From: Guillardia theta CCMP2712
Taxonomy: Eukaryota; Protista; Cryptophyta
Length of the DNA stretch: 64,000 nucleotides
Assembly (NCBI RefSeq): GCF_000315625.1
Contig: NW_005434624.1
Span: 182,559 to 246,558, forward strand
Reading direction: 5' to 3'
The number at the start of each line of letters is the position of its first letter. Position 1 is the stretch's first letter. Below the pieces are notes generated by a model that was not told the DNA's origin, searched no databases, and worked only from the letters and a program-made list of their open reading frames with translations. Position numbers and translations under genes: made by a program. Of this stretch, positions 60,014 through 64,000 are shown piece by piece.

Positions 60014-63000
60014 ATGAGCACGTCGATCGATCCAGACAGCTTCGCCATGCGGGGCCTGCGATCGATTGCTCCTCGCATGCTGTATCCTCGTCTCACCATG
60101 CTGTCGACATGCTGTGTCGCCCAGCCTTCGTTCCTTTGCCAGAAGCGAACCGAGTTTTCCCTAATGTTTGTCCTTTTGCAGTTATCTGTTAGATGGGACA
60201 ATCCAGTCGGTCCTGAATCTTTCATCGAGTGAAAGACTCGAAAACTTTCATACATGCAAAATGGCGATCGCGGGGCAAGCTTGCAAAATCCGCAGGCAAG
60301 CGCGCCAGGTGAGTGCGAGAGTTCGAAGACGATTGTCGCATTTCCGGCGGTGCCTTGTGTGATTGGTATTCTTTGTAAGGGTCGGATGCTAACGATCGGA
60401 GTCGATGGCTGCGATTCTATGGAGGCTTCGTGCAGGTAGAGGAGAGTCGTGCTTTCCTGCTCGCTGAAGCGCAGCGCAGAAATGCGGGATCAACGTCTCA
60501 TCGCTTCCAACCATCTACGGTAAGGCCGATCGTGCGGACATGGCGTGTCTGAAAGCAAGGAAAGGGTTCGAGATAGATCTATTCTCGCTGTTCTTACTGG
60601 TGAAACGCTACGGAGGATACGAGCAGGTCTCGCCGCTTCCACTCCCCTCGGGCGGTCGTGAACGTACCTGGCAGATCGTGGACGATGCTGTCTGGGTGGA
60701 GATTGCCAGGAGCCTCGATGAGAGCTTGCAGGTAGACAATCTCTTCGTCCCCATTGAGAGTCCTTGTAGTGACAAGTCGGTGCAGGCTCACAGCTCCGTT
60801 GCGAAGCCCCTCCGGCAGATCTACCTACAGGTGAGAAGGACGGCAGCGAGCCCGGGCTGATGTGCTTGTGCTGTTGGCAGTACCTCTACCTGTTTGAAAG
60901 TTTCATGCGTCAGAAGACGTCTTTTAACTTGGCGATGTCAAGAAATCAGCAAAGGGTGCGGCATGAGCTCGAATGAGCACAGCTCGATGTTGACCTTTGC
61001 TTCAAGGTTCTTGAACAAACGCTGACAGATCAAGAACCGCCTCAGAAGGTATTAGCTCGGGTTGTGAGTTTAGCCGGGTAGCGTGTGATGATGTTTCTTT
61101 GCACCACTGTGCTGTGCAAGCTGTGCTTTCTTCCGCTACCCTGACATCACTCGGATGTTTCACTTGAACCCTACTATGATTTTCGTTTCTTTCGCAACAT
61201 CTCCGTATGACTGCCATCTGAACTTCCCCGTGACTTTTGTCGTTCCAGGTTGCACACTCGTTCCAAGCACAAGGCAGCGGGTATGGTGTCCAGAGCGCTC
61301 ATCGGGGTGTTTTCCCGCCGATAGTCAAAGAGCAGCAACCTCACTTGTTTCATCAATCTCCCGGGAATCCAACGGGGCCCATGGGCACTCCCTTGCAGAG
61401 CACAAACTTCGGCCAGCCAGCTCAGGCAAGCTCGACCCCCGTGCGGGAGGACGTGCGGGAGGACTTCTTTGCGGCTGGTTCCCATTCTATGCAGTATCCT
61501 CTACAAGGAGGCGGTCAGCTTCAGGGCATGCAGGCCAGGGCCGGTGATGTTGCTGTTAACCTCGACCGAGTCTCGCACTTCGATCAGAGCGCTGGAAGTA
61601 TGGGTGCTGTTGGCCTCCAACAAGGTCCGGGACTTGGAGGAGGAAGAATTGGCCCAGGGATGGGCGGTGGGATGCAACAGGGGAACATCGGAACGGGGGG
61701 AGTAGGAGTAGGAGGAGTAGGAGGAGGAGGAGGAGGAGGAGGAGGTATGACGGGTAGTATGCTACAGACACAGAGTTACCAGGGAAACTCTGGTCCTGTG
61801 AGCACCGTGCAGTGCACAGATGGACATGGAGGCATGGTGAGCAACATGGGGCAAGGGACAGTGTATCAAGGGATTGCTAGGGCAGGAGGGGGGCAGCAGG
61901 AGATAGGAGGCGGAATGGGCAATCAATTGAGTCAAGGAGGAAACAGCAGCCTACAAGCCAGAGGGCAGCAGGGAGGAGGAATGATGGGGATGGAGAGGGT
62001 TGGGATGATGGGGCAGGGGGGCTTGCAGCAAGGAACAGGAGGAGGGATGGGAGGGATGCGGGATGCGGTGAGAGCAGGGCTGGTTGAATCTGGGAACAGG
62101 ATGGGGCAAGGGAGCATGTCGCAGGGGGTTGGAGGCCATCAGGGACCTGAAGGAGGAGGAGGGCTGGGGGTGGGGCTGGGTAGCAGAATGGGGATGCCGA
62201 CCCTGCACCAAGGGGGAATAGCACAGGTTGGGCAGAGAGCTGGAGGAATGGGGGGAGACTTGGGGGGAGGAGGAGGGAGGATGCCGTTGAAGGGAGGTCC
62301 GCATGGATCGAGTGGGGGAGGAGGAGGAGGAGGAGTGGGTAGTCAAGTACAAGGATATGCGGCGGCCATGATAGTTGAATCAAGTCATCAAGCCGTTGTG
62401 GAGACGGCGGGGGGGATGAATGCGACTCAGCAGCCGGGAGGAGGGATGGGAGGAATGCAAGGTAGGAGCACAGGGCAAGGGGGTATTGAGCAGAGCAGCA
62501 ACCTGGCAGGCAGCCTTCTCAGGTCAGCAGAGCTGGAAAGAGGTCGAGGATTCATTGTAGAGCAAGGAATGAGCAACCAGGGGAGCCGAGCGTCCAGTAT
62601 GCAGTCCAGCACAGGAGGGGGGATGGGAGGAGCGATGCAAGGTGTCATGGGGCAGAACGCCATGCAGCATGCGAACATGGGCCAGGTAGGAGGAATGAGC
62701 ATGCCTGGAGGGCAGCAAGACGCTGTGGGGATGGGTCAAGGGAGCATGCAGCAGTCGGGGTTGGGCTGAGGGGAGGGCCACAGGTGTCCAGGGGTGGGCA
62801 GCAGGGGGTTACTGCTAGTATGGGGCATGGGCACAGTGATCCCATGCAAGGAGTGGGGGGAGGAAGCAGGGGGGCGGGGACGGGGACGAGCTTTCAGGGA
62901 AATATGAGACTGTCTGGAAGTGACCAGTGGGAGGGGGTTGGAATGGGAGGGGGGATGGAGAGCAGTATGGAGCAAGGTGGCGTGCAAGGGATAGGAGGAG

Positions 63001-64000
63001 AGATGGGGCTTGCGAACATGCAGCAGGGGAGGCCCCAGGGTCAAGCTCCTCACAAGGTTGATCAAGGTAAAGGGCTTCGATGTTCCAGTCTTTTTCTGAC
63101 TTCTTTAACATAGGGCCCTCTTTCCTCCAGAACTCTCGTCCTGGTAGACCTTTCTCCCCTCCCTCCTTCTTCTCCTTGCTTCCCCTCCCCCCCTCCCCTC
63201 CTCCTCCTTCCTCTCCCTCCTTCCTCTCCCTCCTTCCTCTCCCTCCTTCCTCTCCCTCCTTCCTCTCCCTCCTTACTCCCTCTTCTTATTCTCCTGCTCT
63301 CTGTGCTACTTTTTTGACAACATACTTTTTACCCTCTCACCAATCCTCGTTCCTCGACTGTTTCCTCCTGCTCCTCTTTTCTTCTTTCCACCCTCCTGGC
63401 CAGTCTAAGTTGATCCTCGCAGACTCCAGGAGCGTGAGGGTCGACTCTTCCACCGTTTCTGAGCCGCCAGGAGGCCTAAACTTGCAAAGGGGGCCCGCGG
63501 GCATGGGTCAAGTCAGCTCACAATGGACCTCTCCTGCTCCTCCTGCAGCTCAGGAAACGCCATGGTCCCAGTCTCCAGCTATCATCGAGACGCAGCAACA
63601 GCAGCATCAGCATCGGCAACAGCAGCAGCAGCAGCAGCTACAACAGCAGCATCAGCAGCAGCAGCAGCTACAACAGCAGCAGCAGCTACAACAGCATCAG
63701 CAGCATCAGCAGCAGCAGCTACAACAGCATCAGCAGCAGCAGCTACAACAGCATCAGCAGCAGCAGCTACAGCAGCAGCAGCTACAGCAGCAGCAGCAGC
63801 AGCAGCAAATACACCAGCAGCAACATCCGATGCATCCTCAGTCTCATCCTCATCAACAGCAACCGCAGCAGCAGATGCAGCAGCTACCTCAGCACCAACA
63901 TCTTGTCCAGCAGCAGCAACAACAACAACAGCAGCAACATTATCAACAACAACACCAACATCAACACCAACATCAACCACAGCTGCAACATCAGCCTTAC
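60014..64000 (+). CDS. ARID-domain protein with G/M/Q-rich and polyQ/H low-complexity region (partial)
   Basis: Spliced GFEIDLFSLFLLVKRYGGYEQ|IVDDAVWVEIARSL..|SSVAKPLRQIYLQ|YLYLFE is an ARID pattern. CAG-rich tract at ~63590-63990. Start uncertain. Confidence 0.8.

Noticed and set aside
63582-63980. Poly-Ala/Val ORF on - strand
   Set aside because: Reverse reading of the CAG-rich polyQ region of the ARID gene.
1-64000. tRNA/rRNA genes and autonomous transposons
   Set aside because: No cloverleaf, rRNA signature, or transposase/RT/integrase motifs recognised by eye; not confirmed computationally.

Overview
Gene-dense eukaryotic nuclear DNA with many short (~40-60 nt) GT-AG introns, purine-rich exons, microsatellite-filled long introns and signal peptide + 'AF' bipartite presequences. 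This points to an alga with a complex red plastid; the style fits a cryptophyte such as Guillardia theta (inference). About 20 genes can be reconstructed by hand: a SAWADEE/tandem-Tudor-like protein, an NYN(+KH) ribonuclease, a plastid-type glycerol-3-phosphate dehydrogenase, an ARM-WW-MORN protein, a SpoU/TrmJ-like methyltransferase, CFAP73/CCDC42, an ERGIC-53/VIP36 lectin, a thioredoxin, coiled-coil proteins, a TPR protein, an ADP/ATP carrier, a phosphate carrier, a MORN-PARP fusion, an ARM protein and an ARID protein. There is one assembly gap (36707-37198). Main observations: (1) a recurring intergenic module of GC-rich islands built from a small shared set of short words, an 18-35 bp conserved core (TTTACTCAAAGTTAAGTT) and ACCCC/GGGGT-rich tracts, found between head-to-tail genes. 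(2) Two local duplications in which one copy carries extra island words, suggesting an active micro-insertion process. (3) A tail-to-tail pair of mitochondrial-type ADP/ATP and phosphate carriers that both carry ER-type presequences, the ADP/ATP carrier with an apparently tripartite one. (4) A spliced MORN + mono-ADP-ribosyltransferase gene not visible in the ORF track. Exon boundaries were inferred by eye and no database searches were run.
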